NCBI GenBank assembly: GCA_964016885.1 | Contig: OZ024744.1 | Coordinates: forward strand, 71,796,001-71,860,000 | DNA from: Eledone cirrhosa | Lineage: Eukaryota | Reading direction: 5' to 3' | Length of the DNA: 64,000 nt | Part shown: positions 28,490 through 42,948 of the stretch, piece by piece | How the letters are laid out: each line of letters begins with the position of its first letter | Numbering within the stretch: the first letter of the stretch is position 1 | Made by a program: the position numbers and the translations under genes | The notes under the pieces: model-generated | Told to the model about the DNA's origin: nothing | The model's database searches: none | The model's input: only the letters and a program-made list of their open reading frames with translations

Positions 28490-28935
28490 CATAGCTTTAC
28501 TCTCTCCGTCGCTCTTCCCTCTCTCTATAATAGATTATTCCCCCTCTCTATAATTTAACTGCTTTACTCTTTTCATTCTTTGAGTTTTAACACACCTTCC
28601 TATAGTTTCTTACTCTCTCCGCCGCTCTTCCCTCTCTCTATAATAGATCATTTCCCCTATCTATAATTTAACTGCGTTACTCTCTTCATTCTTTGAGGTT
28701 TAACACACCTCCCTATAGTTTCTTAGCTTTAATCTCTCCGTCGCTCTTCCCTCTCTCTATAATAAATGATTGCCCCCTCTCTATAATTTAACTGCTTTAC
28801 TCTCTCTGTCGCTCTTCACTCTCTATATGACAACACTGTTCCACACACCTCCCTATATAGTTTCTTAGCTTTACTCTCTCCGTCGCTCTTCCCTCTCTCT
28901 ATAATATATTATTCCCCCTCTCTATAATTTAACTG
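28490..28935. repeat. Imperfect minisatellite (ctttactctctccgtcgctcttccctctctctataat...)
   Basis: Several direct copies. Reverse-complement copies at about 22800-23070. Confidence 0.85.
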
Positions 28936-29054
28936 CTGGGGGAGTCATTGGAGTTCCGTATTGACATACGGCTTTTCTGGGGCATTTTAAATCGGCTTAT
29001 TGCAAATAACAACCCGCAAAATAACACTTCATATAACAGATTACTGCTATAGAC

Positions 29055-29515
29055 CATTGTTTCCCAAAGTGGGTGGTATCGCCCCCCCCCCCTGGGGGCG
29101 GTTCTTTGATATCGGGGGACGGTTGGGGGGCGATAATGTATTATTAAAAAAAAAGAAAAAAAAGCTATTTATTGTTTCAATTTTAAACAATAAATAGCTT
29201 GGTTTTTTTCTTTTTTTTTTACAAATATATTGCATATGTATTTTAAACATTTATATAGACATCTATAATAAAGACATCTATGAGATTGCGTAGATTCTAC
29301 ACAATCTCATAGATGTCTTTATTCTTATTGGTAAAATCATATTCTTTTTACATCTATGTTACTAATGATAAACTAACATCATCACCATCATTGTTTAATA
29401 TCCACTTTCTCTGCTAGTAAGGTTTGGATGTGTCATCACAGACTGATGGTGGGGGGCGCCGAGGGTATTACGTGGCCGTGAGGGGGTGGTGGCCCCAAAA
29501 GTTTGAGAACCTCTG
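29055..29515. mobile_element. hAT (Charlie-like) MITE
   Basis: Imperfect TIRs CATTGTTTCCCAAA / TTTGAGAACCTCTG. 8-bp TSD ctatagac (29047-54) / ctatggac (29516-23). Confidence 0.8.
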
Positions 29516-30167
29516 CTATGGACATATGAATAGGAATGTTTAAATTATTTATTTTTTACGACTTTAATTGGTTAAATATTAATATGACAAAACGCATAGT
29601 GTTGTACTTCTGGCAATTCTACCGAATACACTACCAAGGATGAACCTTTTCCCCTCAGCGTCAGATATCCCGTTCGATTTCCGGCGATCCCAATTTTTTC
29701 TTATACTCCTCAAGGGATGGCACGCAATATCGTCTACAAAGAGGTGCTACAGATGTTGGTGCAGGTGTTGGAGGTGTCGGAGCTATGCCGTCTGGAAAAC
29801 TATTTCCTGGTTGGGCCACGCATGGCGGACAGATCTGACACCCAGGGCATCAGGGCCACCATCTTGCAACTTTGGTCTGCTAAATTCGCTATTGGAAGAT
29901 TATTAACCCATCATTGATTGTCCAAAATGTTAATTGGTTCGTAACTTTTAATAACCAGTTCAACTGCTTTATTCACTTAATTGATAAGCTTATTCGCTTT
30001 CAAGCCACGTTTACCTGTATGTCACTTTTCATAGCAAATGAACAAACTCGAACAGCGCCGGGCTAAACTGGTAGTATATATATATATATATAGTGAAAAA
30101 TGGAAAGGGAACAAAACAGAGAGGCAGTACGAACAAAGGTTTATTAGTTTCACGCTCTTGAGAGTGG

Positions 30168-30209
<42 letters not shown>

Positions 30210-30315
30210 TATTTATTAATATTATTGATATTATACTCCAGAAGAAAACTATTGACTACTTCTAATCTGTTATAAATTAACTTTGTTGAATAATCAACAA
30301 ATTAAATACCTCACT

Positions 30316-30385
<70 letters not shown>

Positions 30386-30719
30386 GATATATTAACAAAT
30401 GGAAACTATATTTATAAAACCATATTTATTTCATTATACATATTTTAAGGACACCAAGTTAAATTATGGTGTGCTTTCAAATATAATACAGAGCAGTTTT
30501 ATAAATAAATATTTACATACCCTTAAAGAATGCGACCATTAACTTGGTGTCCTTGAAATATGTATAATGAAATAAATATGGTTTTATAAATATAGTTTCC
30601 ATTTGTTAATATATCGTATTTTTACTCCAATAATTTGTTGATTGCTTTATATCAGTCATAAAAATATTTGCTTGTTGTATCCCAACAATTTAAATAGAAC
30701 TACATATATGTATATATAT

Positions 30720-31318
30720 TTATGAAAATAACAGATTAAAGTTTAAGCAAAGAATCGTTGCTTCCATCTTTAACGGGATCTTCTGAAACTAAAAAAATCA
30801 ATCTGTGAACGCAGAAGTAAATATTTCGAAAAACATTGCAGCCGAAAGAAGACAGGAAGACGATACTTTGGTTCGTGGAAACGTTCCCTGGCAAAGAACG
30901 AAAACGAAAACGAATATAATACGTCATTACGTATTTGGAGCGGTGAAAACAATTACACGCAAAGACAAAACCACGGTTATGGTATAAATGAAGTCGTAGA
31001 CTAATATTGTATTAGGTTGTTCGTGGAGACGTTCCCTGGCAATGAACGGAAAAAACGAAGATAATACGTCATTATGTGGAGCGTTGAGAACAATTACACG
31101 CTCCAAATAGTGACTTATTATCTTCGTTTTTATCCGTTCATTGCCAGGGAACGTTTCCACGAACCACAGTATCGTCTTCCCGTCTTCCTTCGGTTGCAAG
31201 GTTTTTCGAAATATGTACTTCTGCGTTTACAGATTGATTTTTTTAGTTTCAGAAGATGCCGTTAAGTGTGAAATCAGCGATTCTTTGCTTAAACATTAAT
31301 GTGTTATTTTAATAAATA
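30720..31318. repeat. Diverged long inverted repeat (about 240-bp arms), PLE-style fold-back
   Basis: 30720-30960 is the approximate reverse complement of 31080-31318. Confidence 0.8.
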
Positions 31319-31407
31319 TTTGCTCTACGGTTCTTATATATTTGATATATATTTATCCCTATCGAGCCCTTTTGGGATTTTAGTCTTCAAATTTATTATT
31401 ATTACTA

Positions 31408-31600
31408 GGGTGGTGAATTGGCAGTATCGGTAGAGGGTTGGACGCCATGCTTTCTAGCATAGTTACTTCCCTTTACGGTCTGTGTTCAAATCCCCTCGAG
31501 GTTAACTTTGCCTTTCATCCTTACAGGGTCGATAAAATAAATACCAGTAATGTACTGAGTAATTGCTGGCCTTGTGCCAAAAGTAGAAACAATTATTATT
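31408..31600 (+). mobile_element. MetaSINE-like tRNA SINE
   Basis: Same family as 7786-7975. Confidence 0.88.
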
Positions 31601-32320
31601 ACTGCGAGAGAAAAACTATATTAAAAAGAATATCGATGTCAATAACTTCTACAGTTTGCGGCCGATTTTATTCAAATTTGCACCAATTGCGCATTGTGTT
31701 CCGTTTGATATTTTCTACTCAAAACATTTTAGTTGTTCTGCCTACTGTAGCCCCTAGCAGCGGAAAATCAACTCAAACGGCCACCTTAATTGCATGATTT
31801 AATGCTTGGTCCATGCGGGATTATTGATTTTTCCCCACTGACATAGCACCTGATGCACATGTTTAGTATAAAGGGCGCGGTTAGTATAAAGACAACGGTT
31901 GTGCCTGAAAAAGCTTAATTGGTGAAAAAGAGTCAGAACGGATCTATTGAAAAAGTCCCCGCCAACGGTTAGCAACAATAACACCGGGTGTTACTGGTTT
32001 ATTTTTTTCACCAAAGAAGTAGGGCACAAACTACAACCTATGATTCCGCTCCATATGCGCAACTCACAATCATATTCGACTTTTTATTTATACGTGTTAC
32101 TACACTTTTGAAGTTTAATTTTTCCAATCTCATACAATGCTGGGCTAGACTGCTATATAATATAAAAGAAAGATGTTTATTGGTTGAATCACACGAAAAC
32201 TACAGACACACACACATCTAAAGACAGAGAGACACACAGAGAGGAAGAGGCAGAAAGAGAGAGATAGGCCGTTATGCAGAGAGAGACACAATTAAAGTGT
32301 TAGATATTGAGAGAGATAGG

Positions 32321-32415
<95 letters not shown>

Positions 32416-32529
32416 GTCCCACATCGGCTAAAACTATAGATCAAAGTATATCAGTTGAAAGTTTAACAAAAAGTCGTTTTACTGACTTTGATTTTACAGA
32501 AGAAAGAAAAATTGATACTATTTGAAATT

Positions 32530-32710
32530 AATCTACCCTCCAGCTTTCATCCATATGCTACTTACAGACCGTACTAACGAAGCTAAACACTTCAGAAGGT
32601 GTGTTTCAGATGACGTCCTTTGGAGCTGAAAAAGATCATGTTGACTATGGTTATTTCACATTTAAAATCCAAGGCCAATGCTACCATTTAATCGGCAGTT
32701 TACCGACACA
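32530..32710 (+). pseudogene. Short divergent Helitron Rep N-terminal fragment
   Basis: FQMTSFGA...TFKIQGQCYHLIGSL, homologous to FHITSFGA...TFKVQGQVYHRI at about 34155-34250. Confidence 0.7.
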
Positions 32711-33037
32711 AAAATCACCTTTGTCAATAACTTTTACACCTTACAGCCGATTTGCTTCAAATTTGGAACAAACATGCATTATCTTCCCGACTTCATTTTG
32801 GATTCAGTACATTTTGTTTAGTGCACCCACTGGACGAGATATAACACAAAAAAAGCCGCATGTTATGACGCCTATGTTCCCTCCTTTATTGTGGACTGCT
32901 AAAATGTTAAAGTTTTTGTGCATTGTGGCCCCTTCATCATAAAAACTACCTTTAAAACAGCAATATCGAGATTGCCTACTACAGTGTGCTACCTATGTGC
33001 TTCACAGTTGGAACAAATAAGCGTTATGTTATAGACA

Positions 33038-33143
33038 TTAATTGTTTCTACTTTTGGCACAAGGCCAGTAATTACCCCAGTACATTACTGGTACTTTATT
33101 TTATCGACCCCTTAAGGATGAAAGGCAAAGTTAACCTCGACGG
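33038..33143 (-). mobile_element. 5'-truncated SINE with about 20-bp TSD
   Basis: gttatgttatagacattaat is repeated on both sides. Confidence 0.85.
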
Positions 33144-33479
33144 GTTATGTTATAGACATTAATGCGGTCTGAAACAATTTTCTGTTTTAGTTTTCTTTTG
33201 TCCCTCGGCTAATTTTTCATTTATTTACAACTTCTTTATTTATGCTGTTACTTCGAACGTTTCTACACAGGACGGCTGATTCTTCATCGATTTTTTTCAT
33301 TGACTCTGCAGTTAAACTTTTTGTCGTCACACTTCTTGAAGTGTACTAGGTAAGCAAGTGCTTTATTTTTTTGCAGCAACACATATGTACATCTCCCTGT
33401 TCTATTCATTACTGATTTATTCTTTTCAAGAGATTTGCTTTTCTTTTATCTTAGTGAAGTATGTCCTCTTTCCTTAGTT

Positions 33480-36400
33480 ATGCCGCCAAGGAAGAGATCT
33501 ATTGGTGAAAAGACTGCAAAAACTGCGAGAGCGAAAAGAAGAAGAGCAAATGAATCGTCATTGGGGGTTGCAATTAGACGAGCGCAAGATGCTGAACGTA
33601 CAGCTATTGCAAGAGCGTTGGAAAACCACGAGCAACGTGTTATCTGCCAGACCAGGAATTCTGCAACAACTGCTGCTGCTCAAGCTTCAGAGAATGAGAC
33701 TCAACGTGTTCTCCGACAGACCTGGAATGCTACAACTACTACTGCACGAGCTGCAGAGAATGAAACGCAGCGTGTGCTCCGTCAGACCCAGAATGCTGCA
33801 ACAGCTGCTGCTGCACGAGCTGCACAGACGTCGGAAGACCGACATATTCGTTTAGAGACTAATCTTCTAAGAGGGTATTTCAAGGCCATGTAGTTCGCGT
33901 TGGTTATTAAAGGCTATAACGCTGACCTAGATTATACTAGCCTCTCCGACCTGACCATTGGCAGTATGTCTAACACTTGCCCATTTTGCGACGCTAGGAA
34001 GTGGTCAAGAGAAATACCTGGTATGTGTTGCGCCAACGGAAAAGTCAAATTACCCTTCCTTGAGGATCCACCCCAGCTGTTGTGTCTCCTCTATACTGGA
34101 ACAACAGCAGAGTAAAAACATTTCCTCGATAACATCCGGAAGTACAATTGTGCTTTCCACATAACCTCTTTTGGGGCAAATAATGCGAAGGAAGGAGGAT
34201 TTATGCCAACTTTTAAAGTACAGGGGCAGGTGTATCACAGAATCAGATCACTCTAGCCAATTGCAAATCAGGATCCTCGATTTCTTCAACTATACTTTGT
34301 TGGAAACCTCAACGACCAACCTTGCGTAACTCCATTTCCCCTGGTACCAAACTAGAGCTTACAATTAAACTGCAAGAAATATTGCACACAAAAAACAGCT
34401 TTATCATTAGCTTCAAATATGCTTTGGAAACAGCTTCTCCATCAAAGTTTAATGTGGTAATTGATGCCACGAAAAGGCCATCTGGGGAACATTCGGGTCG
34501 CTACAATTCTCCCCCATGCAATGAAATCGCTGTCCTTCTCCATGGTGATCAGCACAATCCAAGAGACATTGTTCTCCGTCGTCGAGACAACATCAGTGAA
34601 ACACACAGAGCTTGCGACGCACTTCAGTATCCCCTTCTCTTTTTGAATGGTGAGGATGGCTACCACTTTGGGATTCCTCAGCATAATCCAGTAAACCTTG
34701 GGGTTCCCATCGAAAAACCAGTTTCCTGCATGAGCTTTATTCATACTGCTTCATGATCCGACACACTTCCTTCAAGCACCAGCACCGTTCAAGAGAGCTC
34801 TTTCATCAATTCGCCGTTTATATGTGGGCAAAAACTGAGTCCGAGATAGTGTGCTTCATACGGTCAAACCAGAGGCAGTTACGTTCTGAAAGCTATATTC
34901 ATCTTCGTGATGGAATCAACAATGATGCGGCTCCAGCAAGTTTAGGAAAAGTTTGCATCCTACCTTCTACCTGCACCGGAAGTGCGCGCTACATGCATGA
35001 GAGAACTCGGGATGCGATGACATATGTACGTCATTATGGCAGGCCTGATCTGTTTATAACTTTTACTTGCAATCCTAAATGGAAAGAGATTGAAGAAGAA
35101 CTCTTCCTCGGTCAACAGGTCAAAGACAGACATGACCTCCTAGCTCGAGTCTTTCGACAGAAGTTAATCAACCTTATCGACCTCATCAAGAAAGGGAAAG
35201 TCTTTGGACCTGTAAAATGTGACATGTACACAATCGAATGGCAGAAAAGGGGCCTTCCACATGAACACATTCTGACCACCATAAATTCCAATGATATTGA
35301 CAAGATAATCTCTGCAGAGCTTCCTGACCCATCCAGCGACAAAGACCTCTATGATTTAGTGAAGACAAACATGGTACATGTTCCATGTGGACGTGGCTTC
35401 AATCTAAGCTCGCTCTATTTGAAAAGACAATGTGTGCACTAAAAGATTTCCCAGGAAGTTCCTTATGGAAACCAAGACAAGTATTGATGGATATCCATTA
35501 TACAGACGACGGAAACCAGAAGATGGCGGTTTTACAGCAAAAATTGGACCGCATGAGGTTGACAACAGATGGATTGTTCAGTACTACCCACTCCTAGCCA
35601 AGATTGTTCAGTACTGCCCACTCCTAACCAATTCAGCGCCCACATCAATGTTGAGTTTGGCAATTCTGTCAAGTCTATCAAGTACATATGTAAGTATGTA
35701 AATAAGGGTTCCGATGCTGCTATGTTTGACCTTCAACATGAGAACAGAAGGAATGAAGTAACACAGCACCATGTCGGACGTTACATCAGCAACAATGAGG
35801 CTTTCTGGCGTATTTTCGACTTCTCTTTACACCAAAGGCGCCTTTTATCGAGCAGCTTGCAGTACACCTGAAAAATGGCCAAAGGGTTTACTTCACCGAC
35901 GTCAATGCTGCTCAGTTGGCAGAGGAACCAAGAGAAACCACACTTACTGCCTTCTTCAAGCTTTATCAAGACGATCCATTCGCACAAACCTTGCTATATC
36001 CTCAGCTGCCGTCCTACTATACATGGAATAAAAGAAAATGGGTTCGAAGAAAGGCAGGTCAAGCTGTTGATGGATATCCTGGATTTAAGTTTGACAATTG
36101 CCTTGGTAGAGTTTACACAGTACATCCCAGCCAGCACGAGTGTTTCTATCTCCATCTGTTACTGCATGAGGTCAGAGAACCACGTTCTTTCAAGCACATA
36201 AGAACTGTTGACGGGTATGTGTGTACAACATGCAGGGAAGCATGCCTTAAACATGGTCTGTTAGAAGATATTGCACAGTTGGATGCATCTTTGTCAGAGG
36301 CTGCTGTATCACAATCACCAAAATGTCTCAGGGTTTTACTTGCGTTATTGTTGCAAACATGTGAATTGTGTAATCCTTCGTATTTGTAGTTCATGTACAG

Positions 36401-37918
36401 AGATGATCTTTCTGAGGATTTTAAACGTCTGGCACAACTAACATGGAAGGTACCAGCGATGAGGTTTACAACAGAGCATTGAATGACATAGAAGACAGGA
36501 TTGTTTCACTCGGCGGCATATGGCCAAACATTTCGAACAGGGTCAAACGTACTTCCCACAGCCATCCTACGAGAAACATCCTATGACATTGATGCTCTTT
36601 CCCAATATGTTATCAACACTGAACCACAACTGCTTCCGGATCAACAACGGGCTTACAGCACTATTGTCGACCATGTGCGCCACCGAAAAGGAGGTATCTT
36701 CTTCCTGGATGCACCTGGGGGGACAAGAAAAAACTTTTGTAACGAAGCTCCTCCTTTCAAAGGTTAGGCAGCATAGGGATATCGTGGTAGCTGTTGCCTC
36801 CTCTGGGATTGCTGCAACTTTGCTGCCCGGTAGCAGGACAGCACACTGAACTTTAAAACTCCCCCTAAATTTAGCAAAATCTGAAACGCCTACCTGCAAC
36901 ATCAGTAATAGTTCAGACCATGGTCGGGTCTCAAACGGTGTTATCTCATTGTGTGGGACGAGTGCACCATGGCTCACAAAGGAGCTCTGGAAGTAGTAGA
37001 TAGAACCCTTAAAGATATCAGAGATTTTCATGCTCCAATGGGAGGTGTAACGCTTCTGTTGTCTGGTGATTTCAGACAGACTTTTCCGTCATTCTCAAAG
37101 GCACCAGGGCAGATGAAGTCCAGGCGTGCCTTAAAACCTCTCCATTGTGGCGACACGTTACGACCCTGACTCTTACCACTAACATGAAATTTCACCTACA
37201 CGGTGACCACATGTCCACCAGGTTGGCACAGGAAATTTTGACACCTGGCGATGGCAAGGTGCCTCTGGATGCTGCCGGACAACTGGACGTCTGGCCATTT
37301 TGTACCATTGTTAATTCTGGGGAGGAGCTGAAAGACCAAGTGTTTCCGAACTTGACAGAAAATTACCAAAATCACAATTGGCTGCGTGAAAGAGCAATAA
37401 TGGCTCCCAAAAACATCTCTGTTAATAAACTCAACGAACAGTTAATGCTGTCTTTTCCAGGAAATCTTCACACTTACAAGTCTGTTGACACAATTTCGGA
37501 TCACAATGGAGTGGTGAAATATCCTCCAGAATTTCCCAATTCATTTGAGTCTCCCGGACTACCTCCCTACATATTAGGAATTAAAGTTGGACTCCTGTAA
37601 TGCTGCTTAGGATTCTAGATCCGCCAATACTGTGCAATGGGACACGTCTGGTGGTAAAGAAAATGGTGTCACATGTTATCGAGGCAACAATTCTTTCTGG
37701 ATGTGGAAAATGTGATGACGTCTTCATTTCAAGAATCCCTTTCATTCTATACACACACATATCTACATATATGTGTGTCTGCGTGAATGTATGTCTCTGT
37801 GTGTCTGTCTTAGTATATGTATAAGAGAGTATACGTGTGTAGCAACAATTTATTCATTTGGACAGCAACAAAGAATTACACAATGAATATTGTTTACCCT
37901 AACCTGCTTCAAGATTAA
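33480..37918 (+). pseudogene. Helitron RepHel (STPR-like repeats, zinc finger, HUH Rep, PIF1 helicase), multiply frameshifted
   Basis: About 23-aa ET.QR repeats; CPFC..CCANG; DLFITFTCNPKW, EWQKRGLPHEH, IKYICKYVNKG; FLDAPGGT, VWDECTM, SGDFRQ, LCNGTRL. Helicase motifs V-VI deleted. C-terminus TMNIVYPNLL at about 37880. Confidence 0.93.
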
Positions 37919-38057
37919 CAGATTTTCATTTCTAAATTCTATTATCATTATAATTTTGATATTTTCTAAATAAAATATAGATATTTTGAAATAATTATGA
38001 GGAAAAATAACATATCTTCATATTTGTTGTTTACTAATCTGAATAAGAACAGCAGTA

Positions 38058-38085
38058 ACCCGGGAAACACCGAGTAATTCAGCTA

Positions 38086-38086
<1 letters not shown>
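38058..38086 (+). mobile_element. Helitron 3' terminus (hairpin + CTAG)
   Basis: acccgggaaacaccgagt followed by aattcagCTAG-T. Confidence 0.8.
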
Positions 38087-38144
<58 letters not shown>

Positions 38145-38149
<5 letters not shown>

Positions 38150-38224
38150 GAAAAGTATAGAAATTATTGTAGCAAGAAGCCAACAGTATTCCATAATATA
38201 TATATATATATATGCCATAATATA

Positions 38225-38286
<62 letters not shown>

Positions 38287-38355
38287 GGCATATATATATA
38301 TATATATATTATGGAATACTGTTGGCTTCTTGCTACAATAATTTCTATACTTTTC

Positions 38356-38360
<5 letters not shown>
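38145..38360. repeat. Perfect inverted repeat centred on (TA)n
   Basis: aaatgaaaagtatagaaattattgtagcaagaagccaacagtattccat and its exact reverse complement. Confidence 0.92.
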
Positions 38361-38415
<55 letters not shown>

Positions 38416-38468
38416 CAGGAAAGAAGAGTGACACGGTTTGCTATACAAAAAAGGGTTTTAATCTCATT

Positions 38469-38574
38469 GCTGACAATTGTTTCTCTGAACTGGTAGGTCT
38501 AGAGATCGCTACCCGCTTGTTTTCACGTCATTCGATCACCAATACATAGTTGTAACCAGTCAATTCATCGGAGC
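38469..38574 (-). ncRNA. Type I HHR-like motif with long stem II (U4C core)
   Basis: gct-CCGATGA-attgactggt...accagttcaga-GAAA-caattg-TC-agc. Confidence 0.55.
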
Positions 38575-38889
38575 TTGCGAGAATTACCGTGTACTCGCAG
38601 CATCACTATGGAAACGCCTTGTTGAGTCAAACTTAGCCAAGCGTTGATATCATCCACTACTCGGAGTACCCTAACTGCACTACACTTATGTGGACTACCT
38701 ATAACAATAATCTGTTACCCTGTATATATATATATATATATATACATATATATAAAATTTTAAGCAAGCAAGCCAATCCAACAGGAGAGATAATTGATTA
38801 GTTAAGAAGATTACATTTATTTCAGGCTATATATATATATATATATATATATGCATATATGTATGTAAATATGTGTGTGTGTGTGTGGT

Positions 38890-39260
38890 TAAGATTTTGC
38901 TGATGATCTCAAACTTAAAGCATTTATCGAAGCGAAATATTCTACAAAAGATGTGATAAAGCTGTCCGAGGAAATGGAACCACGCATCAGCTAAACTGGC
39001 CAACTGCAGCGGTAGACGTATTGAGTTATCAGGTTTAACACCCAGCTGGCCCTTAGTTATCTGTTGCGGGATCCTGTCTGTATCAAGTATTTGGCTAATA
39101 TCTCTAGTTTGAGACTAACTTCCTCATATCTTGGAGGCCCTTAGAAAGGATCATGGGGGTTGCCCTTCTCATCTTTGACTAAACTGTAAGTAAAGATAAC
39201 GAGATTTAAACCTCCTGGAAAGTCTATATGACGATTCTGGTCCTACGACCTTCTCTAGAA
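38890..39260 (+). pseudogene. Decayed CR1/L2-like RT fragment
   Basis: FADDLKL at about 38896 and a KD.G-like motif at about 39148, with stops in between. Confidence 0.4.
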
Positions 39261-39767
39261 GAAGAAGAAGAAGAAGAAGAAGAAGACATTTAATATTCAT
39301 GCATTTTCAAACGATATTATTAGTTACTAGTATCGCTAGAGGGTCGGACGTCATGCTTTGACGCATAGAGTTACTGCCCTTGCCATTCTGAGTTCAAATC
39401 CCGCCGAGGTTAACTTTGCCTTTCATCCTTATGGGGGTCAAGAAAATAATTTTTCAATAATTAAAATATACACAGACATGTATATAATGGGAAATGAAAC
39501 TGGAAGGCCCATATATATACGTGTGTATATGTATATATATATATAAATGTGTTTTTGTACACACACACACACGCACGCATACACACACACATATATATAT
39601 ATATGTACATGTATGTGTGTGTGTATATATATAAATATATATGTTGGTGTCTGTGATTTATATACACTGGTCATAGACACACATACACACACCCACACCC
39701 AAACACATATATATATATATATATACATACACACACACACTCATAAATATATATACACAACACCACC

Positions 39768-39819
<52 letters not shown>

Positions 39820-40114
39820 CTCCTTCTCTGTCTCCTCTCCTCTCTCTCTATGTCTCTCTTTCAATCTACTCTCTCACAACCACTATCTCTTTCTCTCTAT
39901 CCTTCTCCCCCCCCTCTCTCTCTCTGTTTATGAAGGTACCCTGAAAACCTCATATCTCGGGATCCGGTGGCCAAAATTTACGCGAAACTTGTTTTATTCC
40001 ATTTGTATTCCCATTTCAGGGGCAACTTCCTTTCAAAGTATTTCTCCATTATGCGCCCTTTCGGTTGTATTACATTGCAGACAAGCAAGCAATCACAGAC
40101 ATTTAGTAATATCT

Positions 40115-40982
40115 AAATAATTGTTTCTTTTTTTGGCACAAGACCAGCAATTACCCAGTGTATTACTGGTACTTTATTTGATCGACCCCGTAAGGATGAA
40201 AGGCAAAGTGAACCTCGGCGGGATTTGAACTCAGACCATAAAGGGCCGTAACTCTTTGCTGCAAAGCATGGCGTCAGACCCTCTACCGACACTGTCAATC
40301 CGACATCGAGGTTAACTTTGCCTTTCATCCTAACGGGGTCGATAAAATAAAGTACCAGTAATGTACTGGGTAATTCCTGGCCTTGTGCCAAAAGTAGAAA
40401 CAATTATTATTATTTACGGTGGATTGGCAGTATCGGTAGAGGATCGGGCGTCATGCTTTGACGCATAGAGTTACGGCCCTTGCCATTCTGAGTTCAAATC
40501 CCGCCGAGGTTAACTTTGCCTTTTATCCTAACGGGGCCGATAAAATAAAGTACCAGTAATACATTGGAATAATTGCTGGCCTTGTGCCAAATGTAGAAAC
40601 AATTATTATTATTTAAATAAATAGCTGAAAAAGTAGTATTTTAAATTAAACGGGCTTCAACACAACTTCACCCAATTTTACTCACACGCGTTACTGAAAT
40701 GTGCTTTCATTTCATACTGATGTTTATAATAGTTGTACGACGATGCTTTGATAAGGAGGTTTAATAAAATCGAAGCTTGACTGGAATTGTCCCGTATTGC
40801 CTGAGATCAGACCCAGTCTCCATTCCACTCGATGTGCATTACTGGTGATTTATTGTATCGACCCTTTAAGGATGAAAAGTAAAGCTAACCTCAGCTGGAT
40901 TTGAACTCAGAACGTAAAGGGCCATAACTCTGTGCTGCAGAGCATGGCGTCCGAGCCTCTACCGATACTGTCAATCCACCGC
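40115..40982. mobile_element. Cluster of four MetaSINE-like copies in both orientations
   Basis: 40115-40300(-), 40305-40412(+), 40418-40612(+), 40835-40982(-). Confidence 0.87.
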
Positions 40983-41589
40983 CCAAATGTCGTTTTACTT
41001 GCTCTCCTCAGCTAAAATTTATCATTAAGCTAATTCATTTCCCTTCGTATTACACATGTAATTCATATTAATTGAAACTGCCTTGCTAGACACATTATTA
41101 TGTTTGTAATGTCTTTAGTATTTGTTGCTTATTGTAGTTAAGTTAGTGTTAACATGTTTAATGTTAACAAAGATTTAACTAGACATATTTATGTGATTAG
41201 ACATATTTATGTGATTTCCAGATATGATTCGGTCTCTAGCTGAAGAAGGGCACACTATGTAGGTATACAGTAAATGCAAATTTACAAAAAAAAAAAAAGG
41301 TTAAATAAAAAAAAGACGTCATATTCAGGAAAAAACGTCGTAGCACCGACTACTTGATTACTCTCTACCTATTTCTGTTGAAACTAGCTGTAACTGGTCA
41401 CTCAAACTGATGTTAAGGTATTGTTCTCAAAATAATGCTTTTAAAATCTCATAGATTCGATATTATGTGAGATAATTATGCGAGGTAAAGCCTTTACTAT
41501 GAAAATATAATAGTATACATAGAGTAATGTCAATACTAACAATACATCACGCAGTTATGCCTTTCCCTCTACACACACACACATGGACA

Positions 41590-41711
<122 letters not shown>

Positions 41712-41713
41712 AA

Positions 41714-41779
<66 letters not shown>

Positions 41780-41935
41780 CATGCATGCATACATATATAC
41801 ACACAGACACACACACATTGAGCTGTGGAAGGGAATTAGGGCTCACAAAAGAACGGGCGAAGGCTTCAAAAACATCATCTTTGTCCGTTCCCTCGTCATT
41901 TTAGTTACTAGAACTTAACGGTATTATGTAATGAA

Positions 41936-42007
41936 GCTGTCTGATGAGATCATGGCACTGGTTGCGCGGAATTGCGTGGCCACTGTCATTGAAATATGTA
42001 TCACAGC
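41936..42007 (+). ncRNA. Type I HHR, canonical core
   Basis: gctgt-CTGATGA-gatcatggcactggttgcgc ggaatt gcgtggccactgtcatt-GAAA-tatgta-TC-acagc. Confidence 0.8.
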
Positions 42008-42056
42008 CTTAACAATAAAGGTCTTTAACATGTGCAACTACTTCGCATTCTCTTAT

Positions 42057-42216
<160 letters not shown>

Positions 42217-42257
42217 GTGACTTCCTTGTTCGATCATCATACCAAAAGCTTAACATT

Positions 42258-42597
42258 ATTGATTGGCAGTATCGGTAGAGGGTCGGACGCCATGCTTTCC
42301 AGCATAGTTACGTCCCTTTACGATCTGAGTTCAAATCCCGCCGAGGTTGACTTTGCCTTTCATTCTTAAGGGGTCGATAAAAATAAAGTACCAGTAATGC
42401 ACTGGGTATTTTCTGGCCTTGTGCCTAAAGTAGAAACAATTATTTGTTTAAGCATAGTTACGTCCCTTTACTATATGAGTTCAAATCCTGCCGAGGTTGA
42501 CTTTGCCTTTCATCCTTACGGGGTCGATAAAATAAAGTACCAGTAATGCACTGGATAATTGCTGGCCTTGTGCCTAAAGTAGAAACAATTATTTGTT
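42258..42597 (+). mobile_element. Tandem MetaSINE-like copies
   Basis: A full copy followed by a partial direct duplicate. Confidence 0.87.
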
Positions 42598-42894
42598 TAA
42601 GCAGACAGTACCTGATTTAGGAGTTGCAGAAACCCCACATTGGATTTTACCACCGTTTCCATGGGGTCCGGGTATAATTTTCAATCATATATTATTATTT
42701 GTTTGACCCGAATAGCTTGCTCGCTTCTATGGCTTTGCGGTTAATGGTTTAACCATCGTCTCAGTGTGTTTGGCCTTTTAACGAATGTTTATTGCTCTAG
42801 TTCACTTGTTTCTATGGAGCGCTTGCCACACATTTCGGAAGTTGTTTTTCGCTAATTTCCAATAGCCGAAATGCGATTCTCGCTAATTTATATT

Positions 42895-42948
<54 letters not shown>

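Larger units (their letters stand above)
27999..30074 (+). mobile_element. Non-autonomous Helitron-like element with internal minisatellites
   Basis: 5' TC..tatataaaacggaagatgtctgtctgtgtg; 3' degenerate hairpin ctcgaacagcgccggg then ctggtag-t. Internal repeats at 28245-28370 and 28490-28935. Confidence 0.6.
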
